From contig JAUVIV010000002.1 of assembly GCA_030592575.1 (NCBI GenBank), forward strand, positions 1-61,034: DNA of 61,034 bases, given 5' to 3'. A program made the position numbers and the translations under genes. Each line of letters starts with the position of its first letter. Within the stretch, counting starts at the first letter, position 1. Under the pieces are notes generated by a model. That model was not told the origin of the DNA, did no database searches, and saw only the letters and a program-made list of their open reading frames with translations. Shown here one piece after another: positions 1 through 9,441 of this stretch. Source of the DNA: a bacterium. Lineage in GTDB: Bacteria > Hydrothermota > UBA3073 > JACQXS01.

Positions 1-1
1 G

Positions 2-1000
2 ATGAGGTTCAATAAACCGGTTATTCTTTTTGATGTACTCAAGGAAAACCAGAGCTATGATTATGGACTTCGATATATAGAAACTCTTAATAATGATTAC
101 TTAATACCACCAAGATACTATGAGTATAAAAGAGAACTGAAAGGATTATTTCTTTACCCTATTAGGAAAACTGGAATATTAGGTGGTGGATACACAGACC
201 ATGTAAGCTCTTATGCAACTTGGCGTTGGGATTATTACTATCATTTTAATGATGAAGGAGAGTATGAAAAAGGACTTTTTAGAGAAGTGTCTTACAATCA
301 ATGTCTCCATCGCGAAGTTCTTCTATGTGGAGCAATTAAAGTAAGCTCAATAAACATTGGAGTTATGTCACGCTTCTATATAAACTCAATACACATAAGA
401 AATAATATGTCTAAGTGTGAGGATATTAAGCATGATGAGATTTTATACTCTTCTTCAGATACTTTTACTGTTTCTTTTTATAGGTATATATTTGGACTTA
501 CGATTGATACAATTCAAAATACTTACCTTACTACAATTGTGGAGATTTCTCCTCACATAGGACAACATTACCATACTCCTGCTTTCATTGCTTTTAAACT
601 TGACATTCGGAGAAAAGTTTTTAGATGGTTAGATTTTGGTACAAAGATAGAATATCATTGGACATACAAGTGGGGAGACCATGAATTAAGTATTCCTTTA
701 GGCATTGCTATTTATCCTGACACTCAAACAATAATTGGAGTAGATTTTCACAACATCTACAATATGCCTGAAAGCCCAATACAGTTGCCAAAGATAATAG
801 TTGGAGGAGAAAGACTTATAGGGAAATTGGCACTTCGTTGTGGTTTAGAAATTTGTCACGGAGTAACTATTTGGAAGGATTATTCTTTTGACCCGACAGT
901 TGGAATTGGATATTATCTAACAGACAGACTTCATTTTGATTTGGCGGTAGAACCTATAGACTGGTATCCTTGTAGATTGGCAATGCAATATAAGTTTTAA
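2..1000 (+). CDS. hypothetical outer-membrane beta-barrel-like protein (5' end outside window)
   Basis: ORF open to the window edge; aromatic-rich alternating pattern; C-terminus ...AMQYKF typical of OMP barrels; no catalytic motif recognised. Confidence 0.45.
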   Translation: MRFNKPVILFDVLKENQSYDYGLRYIETLNNDYLIPPRYYEYKRELKGLFLYPIRKTGILGGGYTDHVSSYATWRWDYYYHFNDEGEYEKGLFREVSYNQCLHREVLLCGAIKVSSINIGVMSRFYINSIHIRNNMSKCEDIKHDEILYSSSDTFTVSFYRYIFGLTIDTIQNTYLTTIVEISPHIGQHYHTPAFIAFKLDIRRKVFRWLDFGTKIEYHWTYKWGDHELSIPLGIAIYPDTQTIIGVDFHNIYNMPESPIQLPKIIVGGERLIGKLALRCGLEICHGVTIWKDYSFDPTVGIGYYLTDRLHFDLAVEPIDWYPCRLAMQYKF

Positions 1001-1057
1001 TAAGTTATTAGCTGACAATTTTTTGTGAATTGTCAGTTATAATTTGGAGGGTAAAAA

Positions 1058-2218
1058 ATGTTTGCAAAAAGAGTAGAGCATCTTAGACCTACTGCAGCGT
1101 TTGAGTTTCTTGCCAATGCAAAAAAACTTGAGGCACAAGGTAAGTCAATAATTCACCTTGAGATAGGAGAGCCGGATTTTGATACTCCGGAGAATGTTAC
1201 AGAATCAGCGATAAAAGCTCTTAAAGATGGATATACAAAATATGCAATCGGACAAGGTATTCCGGAGTTCAGAGAAGCAATAGCTGATTATATAAAAAAA
1301 ACAAGAGGTATAAATGTAGGAATAGATGAGGTCGTAGTTGGTGCAGGTGGCAGTGCAATAGTATTCTTCACTCTATTAGCTGTGATAAACCCGGGCGATG
1401 AAGTCCTTTATCCTGACCCTTGTTGGTTCGTATATGAACCGACTACTATACTCGCAAATGGCATTCCAAAACCATATCACTTACCTGAAGAAAAAGGATT
1501 TTCCATAGATATTGACGAAATAAGAAGTAAAATTTCCGAACGGACAAAACTCATAATTATCAACTCTCCACAAAATCCTACAGGAGGAATACTATCAGAT
1601 AAAGATTTGGCTGATTTAGCTGAACTCTTAAAAGACAAAAACATCTGGATTATGTCAGATGAAGTTTATTCGCGGATTCTTTTTGGAGAGGAATTTAAAA
1701 GCATTACGAAATACCCTACTATAAAAGAGAAAACTATAATAATAGAATCGCTTTCAAAAACTTATGCAATGCCCGGTTTGAGATTGGGCTACGGAGTTAT
1801 GGAACCAAAACTTGCATATAAAGTGGCTTCACTCTCGGTTCAATGTAATTCTTGCACTCCCCCATTTCTTCAGATTGCAGGAATTGAAGCATTAACCGGC
1901 AAGCAAGATATTATTGAAGAAAGATGTGATATATATCAGAAGAGACGAGATATTATGGTTGATGGCTTAAATTCAATTCACGGAATAAAATGTGTGAAGC
2001 CAAAGGGAGCAATTTATGCTTTTCCTAATATAAAAGAACTCGGAATTCCATCAAGGGATTTAGCGTTAAAACTTTTAGATGAAGTGGGAGTATGTTGTTT
2101 ACCCGGTACAGCTTTTGGCGGACTTGCCGAGGGGTATATCAGATTTACTTATGCCAATTCCGAAGCCAATATCCGCGAAGCTCTCAAAAGAATTAGAAAA
2201 GTGGTAGAGAGTTTATAA
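1058..2218 (+). CDS. class I/II PLP-dependent aminotransferase (aspartate/aromatic type)
   Basis: GGAGG RBS upstream; PLP-lysine motif SLSKTYAMPGLRLGY; NSPQNPTG motif; typical ~386 aa length. Confidence 0.85.
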   Translation: MFAKRVEHLRPTAAFEFLANAKKLEAQGKSIIHLEIGEPDFDTPENVTESAIKALKDGYTKYAIGQGIPEFREAIADYIKKTRGINVGIDEVVVGAGGSAIVFFTLLAVINPGDEVLYPDPCWFVYEPTTILANGIPKPYHLPEEKGFSIDIDEIRSKISERTKLIIINSPQNPTGGILSDKDLADLAELLKDKNIWIMSDEVYSRILFGEEFKSITKYPTIKEKTIIIESLSKTYAMPGLRLGYGVMEPKLAYKVASLSVQCNSCTPPFLQIAGIEALTGKQDIIEERCDIYQKRRDIMVDGLNSIHGIKCVKPKGAIYAFPNIKELGIPSRDLALKLLDEVGVCCLPGTAFGGLAEGYIRFTYANSEANIREALKRIRKVVESL

Positions 2219-2228
2219 AGAGAAAAGA

Positions 2229-2930
2229 ATGAAACGATTTGGAGCTATATTATTTTTTGTAGCAGGGAGTATTATTTTTTGTAATTCAGTATCTGGAAGT
2301 TATGGAGGAATGATATTAACTAACAAAGAACCCAAAATATTATTAGAATATAGATATCATAAAAGAGATTTAGAACTAAAATCTATAAAAAACTTGAATT
2401 TGGTTCGTCATTACACAACTGACTGGGGGTGTGGATTTTTAGTTGCTGAATATAGCATATTTAAAAATCTTTGCTTATCTTTTGAATTCGGAAGATACAT
2501 CTTCAGTGGAAGAAGTAAGAGAAAAATCGATTGCTATCATTTTGGGTTAGCCCTGAAATCAAATACCTATACTTATAAAGACAGACTTCGGTTTGGATTA
2601 TGGAGTAATACTTATAATACAATGTTTTTTGATAGATCTGATGGTTATCATAAAACAATAGAAGAGTATACCACAGGATTACAAGTTGGTTATCTCACAA
2701 GATTTAAGAATCAGACTCTTTTATTTTACTGTGGTCCCCTGTTTTCTCATTGTGTAAGTTATTACTATCCAGAGGGAACATCCACCATATACGCTAAATA
2801 CGATACTCCACACAAATTTGGTATCTTTTGTGGGGTAGATATGAAACTGTTAAACCACATTAGTTTAAATCTGGAAGGAGAATTTATCAAATATCCATAT
2901 GGTTCCGTTGCTATCGGATATATTTTTTAG
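2229..2930 (+). CDS. hypothetical secreted / outer-membrane beta-barrel protein
   Basis: N-terminal hydrophobic signal-like segment; ends ...VAIGYIF (aromatic C-terminal residue of OMP barrels). Confidence 0.45.
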   Translation: MKRFGAILFFVAGSIIFCNSVSGSYGGMILTNKEPKILLEYRYHKRDLELKSIKNLNLVRHYTTDWGCGFLVAEYSIFKNLCLSFEFGRYIFSGRSKRKIDCYHFGLALKSNTYTYKDRLRFGLWSNTYNTMFFDRSDGYHKTIEEYTTGLQVGYLTRFKNQTLLFYCGPLFSHCVSYYYPEGTSTIYAKYDTPHKFGIFCGVDMKLLNHISLNLEGEFIKYPYGSVAIGYIF

Positions 2931-2943
2931 CTTATTCGTGACC

Positions 2944-2997
2944 GGGTAAATAAGAGCCTCTGCTCTTATCAGGTTGAAGCAAAAGATTCAATCTACC
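2944..2997 (+). repeat. family-A double-hairpin REP-like element (GGGTA..two hairpins..CTACC)
   Basis: Homologous to 51501..51555 and, inverted, to 17670..17724; hairpins AAGAGC-n-GCTCTT and GGTTGAAGC..(decayed). Confidence 0.6.
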
Positions 2998-3013
2998 AAA
3001 TGATTATAATACA

Positions 3014-3940
3014 ATGATTCTAACTATAATACTTTTTATCTTAGGCGTATGGATGCTTGTTAAAGGAGCAAGTTGGCTAATAGATGGAGCATCAAGAGTT
3101 GCAGAAATATTTAAAATCTCTCCTCTTGTTATTGGGCTTTCAGTTGTAGCTATCGGAACATCACTTCCCGAATTCGGAGTTTCATTAACAGCAATACTCA
3201 GAGGAAGTGGAGATATTTCAGTTGGTAATATCATTGGAAGTAACATTTGCAATATTGGATTAGCACTTGCTATAGCTGCTATTATTTCAGTAGTTCTCGT
3301 ATCAAAATCTGCCCTAAAAAGAGACTTCCCCGTTATGCTGGGAGTAACGGTTATGTTATTGGTTTTCATAGCTGATCGCCGATTAGAACGATGGGAAGGT
3401 GTTTTACTTTTTATAAGTTTTATATGCTATTTTGTTTATCTATTCAAACGGAAAGAAGTCTTCACTCATGAAGGAAAAAACTATCCGAGTTGGATTAAAA
3501 AATATCCCTGGTTATCTATACTTTTCGGGATGATTGGAATAGCAATCGGGTCAAAACTTATGGTTGATTCAGGCGTTCAGATAGCAAGATTTATCGGAGT
3601 ATCAGAAGCAATCATCGGGCTTTCAATCCTTGCTATCGGAACTTCTTTGCCGGAACTTGTTACATCAGTCGTAGCTATGTTACATAAAGAATCAGAGATG
3701 TCACTCGGCAATATATTGGGAAGTAATATTTTAAACATTACTATGGTTTTAGGATGTGTATCAATAATCCGACCGATAGATGTGAGCGCAAGACTTTTCA
3801 GAATAGACGGCTGGATAATGTTAGGATATGCAATAGTTCTGTTTCCATTACTTCGCACCCAATATAAATTATCCAAAAAAGAAGGCAGATTCCTACTTAC
3901 CACCTACGTTATTTACCTTGTATATTTATATCTTAAGTAA
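3014..3940 (+). CDS. CaCA-family cation/Ca2+ exchanger (YrbG-like)
   Basis: Two alpha-repeats with GTSLPE plus GNI(I/L)GSNI motifs; about 10 hydrophobic segments. Confidence 0.85.
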   Translation: MILTIILFILGVWMLVKGASWLIDGASRVAEIFKISPLVIGLSVVAIGTSLPEFGVSLTAILRGSGDISVGNIIGSNICNIGLALAIAAIISVVLVSKSALKRDFPVMLGVTVMLLVFIADRRLERWEGVLLFISFICYFVYLFKRKEVFTHEGKNYPSWIKKYPWLSILFGMIGIAIGSKLMVDSGVQIARFIGVSEAIIGLSILAIGTSLPELVTSVVAMLHKESEMSLGNILGSNILNITMVLGCVSIIRPIDVSARLFRIDGWIMLGYAIVLFPLLRTQYKLSKKEGRFLLTTYVIYLVYLYLK

Positions 3941-4067
3941 TTCATCTTACAAACCTCTCCCCTATTTGTTAAATATTAGTTTAGTTCAACAGAAGTAACT
4001 TCTATAATAATTGAACTTACCTAATATCTTTCGTATTAATATCTCTTTATTCTGTGGTCAATTTTTC

Positions 4068-4096
4068 TTGACATAAAGCTTGACATAAAATATAAG
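4068..4096 (+). promoter_or_regulatory. sigma-70-like promoter candidate (TTGACA-17-TATAAG)
   Basis: TTGACA at 4068..4073, 17-nt spacer, TATAAG at 4091..4096; a second TTGACA at 4080; AAGGAGGTG RBS precedes the ATG at 4134. Confidence 0.4.
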
Positions 4097-4133
4097 TGCA
4101 AGTATTTTATAAAAAAGAAAAAGGAGGTGAAAG

Positions 4134-4511
4134 ATGAAGAAAAATTATATTTTTCTTTCATTGTTTATAGTAGGTTTATTTGTTTCAGGATGTGGTTCTT
4201 TAAGTACTTTTCAAAATGCCGAAGTTACACCTACAGGAAAAGCAGTAATTGGTGGTGGAGTTAATGGAATAGTTAATACAATAGGTGGTATATCAGATGA
4301 AGGCGAAAGTTCAATGCTTTTTCCTGTTCCTGAAATATATGGAAGATATGGATTGGCAAAAGATTGGGATGCCGGGATAAAATATACACTACCTCTTACT
4401 ATAAGTGGAGATATAAAATACCAACTCATAGATGGACCAGTTGCAGTTGCATTTAATCCAGGATGTAGTATGTTCATCATAGGAGGATATGGTATTATCC
4501 TCAAGTTTTAG
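4134..4511 (+). CDS. lipoprotein; probable N-terminal part of a split small outer-membrane protein
   Basis: Strong RBS; lipobox LFVSGC; Gly-rich beta-strand pattern; stops 11 nt before the next ORF, which is in another frame. Confidence 0.45.
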   Translation: MKKNYIFLSLFIVGLFVSGCGSLSTFQNAEVTPTGKAVIGGGVNGIVNTIGGISDEGESSMLFPVPEIYGRYGLAKDWDAGIKYTLPLTISGDIKYQLIDGPVAVAFNPGCSMFIIGGYGIILKF

Positions 4512-4522
4512 TAAGTACCAAA

Positions 4523-4756
4523 ATGCTGTATTTTGGGCTTAAGGGAGCATATATGACACTTATGGGAGATATAGGAAATGAAACTATAATTTTCAACCCC
4601 GGTTTTTTTGTAGGAGGATGTGTTGGTTTGAAACTAACTCTTGGCAGACTTTCAATTATGCCTGAATTTAATCTTCTCACTGGAATTAGCGGATATGCAA
4701 AAGATCTAGAATGCAGTTTATCTCAAGGAGGTATAGGATTCGCTGTAGAATTTTAA
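4523..4756 (+). CDS. probable C-terminal part of the same small OMP (ends ...GFAVEF)
   Basis: No RBS of its own; its frame is open back to 4469 and overlaps the end of the previous ORF; OMP-type C-terminal Phe. Confidence 0.35.
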   Translation: MLYFGLKGAYMTLMGDIGNETIIFNPGFFVGGCVGLKLTLGRLSIMPEFNLLTGISGYAKDLECSLSQGGIGFAVEF

Positions 4757-4802
4757 AAATGAAGATGCTTATCATAAACTATAATATTTAAAGAAACAAG
4801 AG

Positions 4803-4834
4803 TGTAGGGAACGGGCATTACTGTTGTTCCCTAT
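4803..4834. repeat. GTAGGGAAC...GTTCCCTAT hairpin (variant of the GTAGGGAC palindromes)
   Basis: 9-nt arms with 8/9 complementarity around a 13-nt loop; GC-rich island in AT-rich spacer; accounts for the spurious TTG start at 4824. Confidence 0.5.
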
Positions 4835-4844
4835 TAATTTGAAA

Positions 4845-5222
4845 ATGCTAATCCTTTTATCCCTTTTAATTTGCTGTAAACCTATTGATTCCGCAAGAGA
4901 AGAGCAGTCATTTTTCTCTTTGCTTGGTACTAAATTTATTCGTATATATCAAGTTGTTTTTTCTTCTCGTCAGGGAGATGTTTGCAATTTTACGCCCAGT
5001 TGTTCTAATTATGCATACGAGGCAATCAGAAAACATGGGCCATTGGGAGTTCTTATGACTTTTGACAGGTTAGAACGATGTAACTATTTTGCATGGCAAT
5101 ATAAAGACAAGTATTACAAAGTAAAATGGGTTCCTGAGTGTGGATACAAACTCTACGATCCGATAGATTCAGGCAAAAAGAAAATAGTCACAGGAAAATA
5201 CGAAAAATCAATTTTAAATTAG
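4845..5222 (+). CDS. yidD: membrane protein insertion efficiency factor YidD-like, with extensions
   Basis: Core FIRIYQVVFSS..CNFTPSCSNYAYEAIRKHGPLG..DRLERCN matches the YidD signature (CxFxPSCSxY..A...HG); ATG at 4845 preferred over TTG at 4824. Confidence 0.7.
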   Translation: MLILLSLLICCKPIDSAREEQSFFSLLGTKFIRIYQVVFSSRQGDVCNFTPSCSNYAYEAIRKHGPLGVLMTFDRLERCNYFAWQYKDKYYKVKWVPECGYKLYDPIDSGKKKIVTGKYEKSILN

Positions 5223-5320
5223 CATTACGAAATCACCAATTCATATTGTTTTTAGTAATTATATGACATTAGTTTTTAAATCTTGACAAGACTTATTTTT
5301 TATACTAAATTAACGAAAAG

Positions 5321-6037
5321 ATGAAAAATGTTTTATTTTCCCTATTCTTTTTCTTGCCCTTAGTAGCTCAAAGTGCTTTTGAATCAATAGATTGCGAAAA
5401 AGAAAGTATTTTTGAGAATCCTGCTAAGTTGTCAACCCCTGGCATTCAAACCTTATGGGTAAAACCTTTCGGCATTCTTTCTTATGCAAGGGTTAATTAT
5501 TCAATAAAAAATATTGGAATTGGTATTTCAAGTTTTGGCAATGAACTTTATCGGGAAAATGAATTTCTCTTGGGATATGGCTGGAAAGGAGTTGGCGTTT
5601 TGCTTAAAGGAATGAATTTGTCTATGAAAGATACCAAAAGTGACTTTACAATTGGACTTGATATCGGAGCAACTTTTAAACTTACTCCTCATTCTGAGTT
5701 CAATCTAAGTTTACAGAATCTTAACTTCCCAAAAATTGCCGGTGAAGAAATTCCCAAAAGAATTATGGGAGAATTTGTTACGAAACCAATGTCTGACTTT
5801 ACCACTCGGATTCAACTTTACAAAGAATCTTGGTATCCGATTGAAATCAGAATAAGAAACGAAATTATGCTTTCAGAACTTTTAAGTTTTGGAGTAGGGA
5901 TAAAAACTTATCCATCGTCATTCAGTCTTGGTGTTTTATTAAACTGTAAGAAATTTGGTGTTTCATATTTCGCGAGAACCCATCAGGATTTGGGTCTCAC
6001 ACATATTATAGGAGTTAAAACAGGAGGTGTAGGATGA
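5321..6037 (+). CDS. hypothetical secreted / outer-membrane protein
   Basis: Signal-peptide-like N-terminus (FFFLPLVAQSAF); beta-strand-rich; ATGA overlap with the next gene. Confidence 0.45.
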   Translation: MKNVLFSLFFFLPLVAQSAFESIDCEKESIFENPAKLSTPGIQTLWVKPFGILSYARVNYSIKNIGIGISSFGNELYRENEFLLGYGWKGVGVLLKGMNLSMKDTKSDFTIGLDIGATFKLTPHSEFNLSLQNLNFPKIAGEEIPKRIMGEFVTKPMSDFTTRIQLYKESWYPIEIRIRNEIMLSELLSFGVGIKTYPSSFSLGVLLNCKKFGVSYFARTHQDLGLTHIIGVKTGGVG

Positions 6038-6483
6038 AATGTTTTTCAGCTATTTTTTTTATTTTATTACTTATTGGATGCGCAGGGGAATCCCCGAAAG
6101 ATAAAAAAGCTTCTGAGTTTACGCGACCTGAGAATGGGAAGATTACTCAAAAGCAAGCAGGATATTATGTCAATGCTTCAAGTAATTTGATGAATGCCAT
6201 AAAAAAGCATGAGGAAGATATACAGGAGTTCATAAAGAGGTATCATCTTAAAGACGATTTATTTGAGCTTTCCGATTCTGTTTATTGTGAAGAGCATCCG
6301 GAGGTAACAAGAACATGGAATCGCTTGCAGAAGCGTTGGAAGAATGATGAGCTCAAGTGCTATAAACTTGCGGGACTTAATGAAGAAAATTTCAACTGGA
6401 TAGGAGGTGCTCTCGCTGATACTGTTAATAAGGACATACAGAAATGGATTCAAACAGAACTTGAAAAAGCAGCAAAAGAATAA
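6034..6483 (+). CDS. hypothetical lipoprotein
   Basis: Lipobox LLIGCAG; translationally coupled to the upstream ORF. Confidence 0.45.
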   Translation: MKCFSAIFFILLLIGCAGESPKDKKASEFTRPENGKITQKQAGYYVNASSNLMNAIKKHEEDIQEFIKRYHLKDDLFELSDSVYCEEHPEVTRTWNRLQKRWKNDELKCYKLAGLNEENFNWIGGALADTVNKDIQKWIQTELEKAAKE

Positions 6484-6695
6484 GTCTTTTAAAAAATAAA
6501 ATATTATACTCTTAAGTTACGTAGTAAGTTACATAGTTAAGTTATAAGAGTTTAATTTTTTAAAGATTTCATTTTTTGGTGGAGTAAAACTTAGTATTCT
6601 TTTTCTCATATCAGGAAAGGAAAATCTTTTTTATACAACAGGTAATTTGAAAGAAATAGTTTATTCGACAAGCATTTTATTTTAGGAGGAAAAGT

Positions 6696-7364
6696 ATGAA
6701 ATTTTTTATAGATACAGCAAATCTGGATGAAATTCGTAAAGCAATGGATTGGGGAGTTCTTGATGGCGTTACCACAAATCCAACTTTGCTTGGGAAAGAA
6801 GTAGAAAAAACTCATCGCAAACCCAATGATATTTTAAAAGATATATGTGAGCTTGTTCCGGGTTCTGTATCGGCTGAAGGTATTAGTCTTGATACAGATG
6901 GAATCGTGAAAGAAGGAGAAGAGCTTGCTAAAATTCATCCAAATATTTGTATAAAAGTTCCAATGACCCCTGAAGGAGTAAAAGCAATCAGAATACTTCG
7001 CAGCAAGGGAATTAAGGTAAATACAACTCTTGTTTTTTCCTGTAATCAAGCTCTCATTGCCGCAAAGGCAGGCACAAATTATATATCGCCTTTCATAGGC
7101 AGACTTGACGACATAGGACAAAATGGAATGGAACTTATAAGTGAAATTATTATTATGCTTGAAAATTATGATTTTGATACTGAAGTGCTTGTAGCTTCGG
7201 TTCGTCACCCATTGCATGTAGTTGAGGCAACTCAATTAGGTGCTGATATTTGCACAATTCCTTTCAAGGTACTCAATTTAATGTTCAAGCATCCGCTTAC
7301 TGATAAAGGAATAAAGAGTTTTCTTAAAGATTGGGAACGTGCAAAAGAATTTATGCCAAGATGA
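6696..7364 (+). CDS. tal: short-type transaldolase / fructose-6-phosphate aldolase
   Basis: [23 protein letters not shown]-terminus; Schiff-base lysine context ICIKVPMT; about 220 aa; AGGAGG RBS. Confidence 0.9.
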   Translation: MKFFIDTANLDEIRKAMDWGVLDGVTTNPTLLGKEVEKTHRKPNDILKDICELVPGSVSAEGISLDTDGIVKEGEELAKIHPNICIKVPMTPEGVKAIRILRSKGIKVNTTLVFSCNQALIAAKAGTNYISPFIGRLDDIGQNGMELISEIIIMLENYDFDTEVLVASVRHPLHVVEATQLGADICTIPFKVLNLMFKHPLTDKGIKSFLKDWERAKEFMPR

Positions 7365-8668
7365 TAGAAAGATATACAACCCCTGAATTTGAAAAAATAT
7401 GGAGTGATTCATCTAAATATCAGCAGTGGTTAGAAGTGGAACTTGCGGTTCTTGATGCACGTGCTGAACTTGGAGAATTATCACCTGAAATTGCAAAAGA
7501 AATAAGAAGCAAGGCAAAATTTGACCCCGCCCGCATCAAAGAGATTGAAGCCATCACTCACCACGATTTAATAGCATTCCTTGAAAGTGTCGGTGAGTCA
7601 GTTGGTGAACTCTCCGGACAGATACATCTTGGGCTTACCTCCTACGACATAGTAGATACTGCACTTTCATTACTAATGAAAGAAGCAGGCGAAATCATCT
7701 TGAAAGAACTTCGGGAACTAAAAGAAGCTTTAAAACAAAAAGCAATTGACGAGAAAATGACAATTATGGCTGGAAGAACTCACGGTGTTCATGCTGAGCC
7801 TACTTCACTTGGATTAAAGTTCCTTATATGGTATGAGGAGATAAGGCGAAATGAAATCCGATGGTTAGATGCAATAGCTGCTATATCTTATGGCAAAATT
7901 TCAGGTGCCTGTGGCAATTATGCACATATCTCTCCTCAAGTAGAGGAACTTACTTGCAAAAAACTTGGGCTTCTGCCGGCTCCTGTATCAACTCAAGTAA
8001 TTCAACGAGACCGTCATTGCCAATATTTATTTACACTTGCTCTTATTGCGACTTCTTGTGAAAAGATTGCACAGGAAATAAGGCATTCACAGAGAACGGA
8101 GATTCAAGAACTTGAGGAGCCGTTTGCGAGCGGACAAAAAGGCTCATCAGCAATGCCACATAAAAAGAATCCAATAATTTGCGAACGAATTTGTGGACTT
8201 GCAAGAGTTGTGCGAGGTTATACGCAGACAGGATTTCAAAATATTCCATTATGGCAAGAACGAGACATTTCAAATTCCTCTCCGGAACGTGTGATTATAC
8301 CAGATTCTACATCCCTTACTCATTATATGCTGAGAAAGACAAAAGGAGTGATTCAGGGGTTAGGTATTTTACGAGAGAATATGAAGAAAAATATTGAAAT
8401 CACGAATGGACTTATTTATTCCGGTAGGGTTCTTATGGAACTAATGAAAAAAGGATTTGGAAGAAAAGAAGCATATAAGATTGTACAAGGTGCATCTTTT
8501 GAAGCAGATTCAAAGAATAAGCATCTTAAAGAGATTCTGCTTGAAAGGGCGGCTCATGAACCGCCCCTACCATTCTCTGCCGAAGAGATTGAGGACTTTT
8601 TCAACCCTGAGTATTATTTAAGAAATGTAGATTCAGTGTATAAAAGAGTGCTTGGTCACAAAAAATAG
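7361..8668 (+). CDS. purB: adenylosuccinate lyase
   Basis: Fumarate-lyase signature [11 protein letters not shown]; ATG at 7361 forms an ATGA overlap with the tal stop (preferred over TTG at 7331). Confidence 0.9.
   Translation: MIERYTTPEFEKIWSDSSKYQQWLEVELAVLDARAELGELSPEIAKEIRSKAKFDPARIKEIEAITHHDLIAFLESVGESVGELSGQIHLGLTSYDIVDTALSLLMKEAGEIILKELRELKEALKQKAIDEKMTIMAGRTHGVHAEPTSLGLKFLIWYEEIRRNEIRWLDAIAAISYGKISGACGNYAHISPQVEELTCKKLGLLPAPVSTQVIQRDRHCQYLFTLALIATSCEKIAQEIRHSQRTEIQELEEPFASGQKGSSAMPHKKNPIICERICGLARVVRGYTQTGFQNIPLWQERDISNSSPERVIIPDSTSLTHYMLRKTKGVIQGLGILRENMKKNIEITNGLIYSGRVLMELMKKGFGRKEAYKIVQGASFEADSKNKHLKEILLERAAHEPPLPFSAEEIEDFFNPEYYLRNVDSVYKRVLGHKK
8547..8570 (-). repeat. REP-like hairpin inside purB (GTAG-GGGCGG-n8-CCGCCC on the minus strand)
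   Basis: GGGCGGCTCATGAACCGCCCCTAC: 6-bp GC stem plus a CTAC tail, a GC island in AT-rich coding DNA; encodes ..RAAHEPPLP.. Confidence 0.35.
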
Positions 8669-8763
8669 AGATTAGAACACAGATTTCAAAGCATTGAAAC
8701 AAATTCAGGGTTTATTTATCTTGCTTATCTGTGAAAATCTGCGTGCACAGTTTTTAATTTATT

Positions 8764-9318
8764 ATGATACTTTTAATTGGATTTCTTTTGATGACTGATA
8801 CTACTTGGGCAACTGGTAGTTTTTTTGACGAGTTCTCAATTAACATTAACATAGAGGAAAGAGAAAAAATAGTTAAGAAAAGATCAGCTTTATTAACTGG
8901 AACAATTAATGCAATACCAGGAATAGCTATAGTTGGCAACAGTTTAATCTATGGTAAAGGAAATTTGGCAGGAATTGGGTTAGGAATTACGACTATGCTA
9001 GTAGGAGCTAGTACAGGAACGATTGCTGGATATCGCAGTGCAAATTGGTTTATCAAGCATAAACCAAAAAATATTGGTATAGGTTTCCTTTTGGGCATTC
9101 CCATTGGCGCACTTGCAGGAGCTTCTTGTGGTGCAATCACAGGAGCAACATTATGTACCATTGGCTTCTATGGACTTGGTATGAATGAAATTTGTGTTAA
9201 TAGATTCCAAAGTGCCGGAGTTGGAGCACTTTTTGGAGTAATCATTGGAGCAGAGATAGGTGCAATAATTGGAGCAATAACAGGTGGTTGGATAGTCGAC
9301 TATTTAGAGGAAAAATGA
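8764..9318 (+). CDS. hypothetical glycine-zipper membrane protein
   Basis: Repeated GxxxG/A segments (IGAEIGAIIGAITGG); first ~20 codons nearly identical at DNA level to the 10287 gene; no obvious RBS. Confidence 0.4.
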   Translation: MILLIGFLLMTDTTWATGSFFDEFSININIEEREKIVKKRSALLTGTINAIPGIAIVGNSLIYGKGNLAGIGLGITTMLVGASTGTIAGYRSANWFIKHKPKNIGIGFLLGIPIGALAGASCGAITGATLCTIGFYGLGMNEICVNRFQSAGVGALFGVIIGAEIGAIIGAITGGWIVDYLEEK

Positions 9319-9378
9319 ATGAATGATTTAGGGGAGTTCTGTGAAAGAAATGCAAATGTCTGCAAATGATTCAATGGG

Positions 9379-9435
9379 CTTCTACCGCACTTTAGTGCAG
9401 GGTAAAAAACCTCAGAGCTAAAGCATAGGTAGAAG
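9379..9435 (+). repeat. family-B REP-like element
   Basis: CTTCTACC-GCACTTTAGTGC-AGGGTA...GAGCTAAAGC..GGTAGAAG; copies at 9592, 10057, 10251 and 51574. Confidence 0.65.
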
Positions 9436-9441
9436 ATAGAA

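Noticed and set aside
3004-3903. ORFs 3004..3369 and 3577..3903 on the minus strand opposite the CaCA exchanger gene
   Set aside because: They are shadow ORFs fully contained in a well-supported gene. They have low-complexity composition, no RBS and no motifs.
7331-7360. TTG start extending purB by 10 codons into tal
   Set aside because: The ATG at 7361 gives the canonical MIERYT.. N-terminus and an ATGA stop/start overlap. The extension is just the tal 3' end in another frame.
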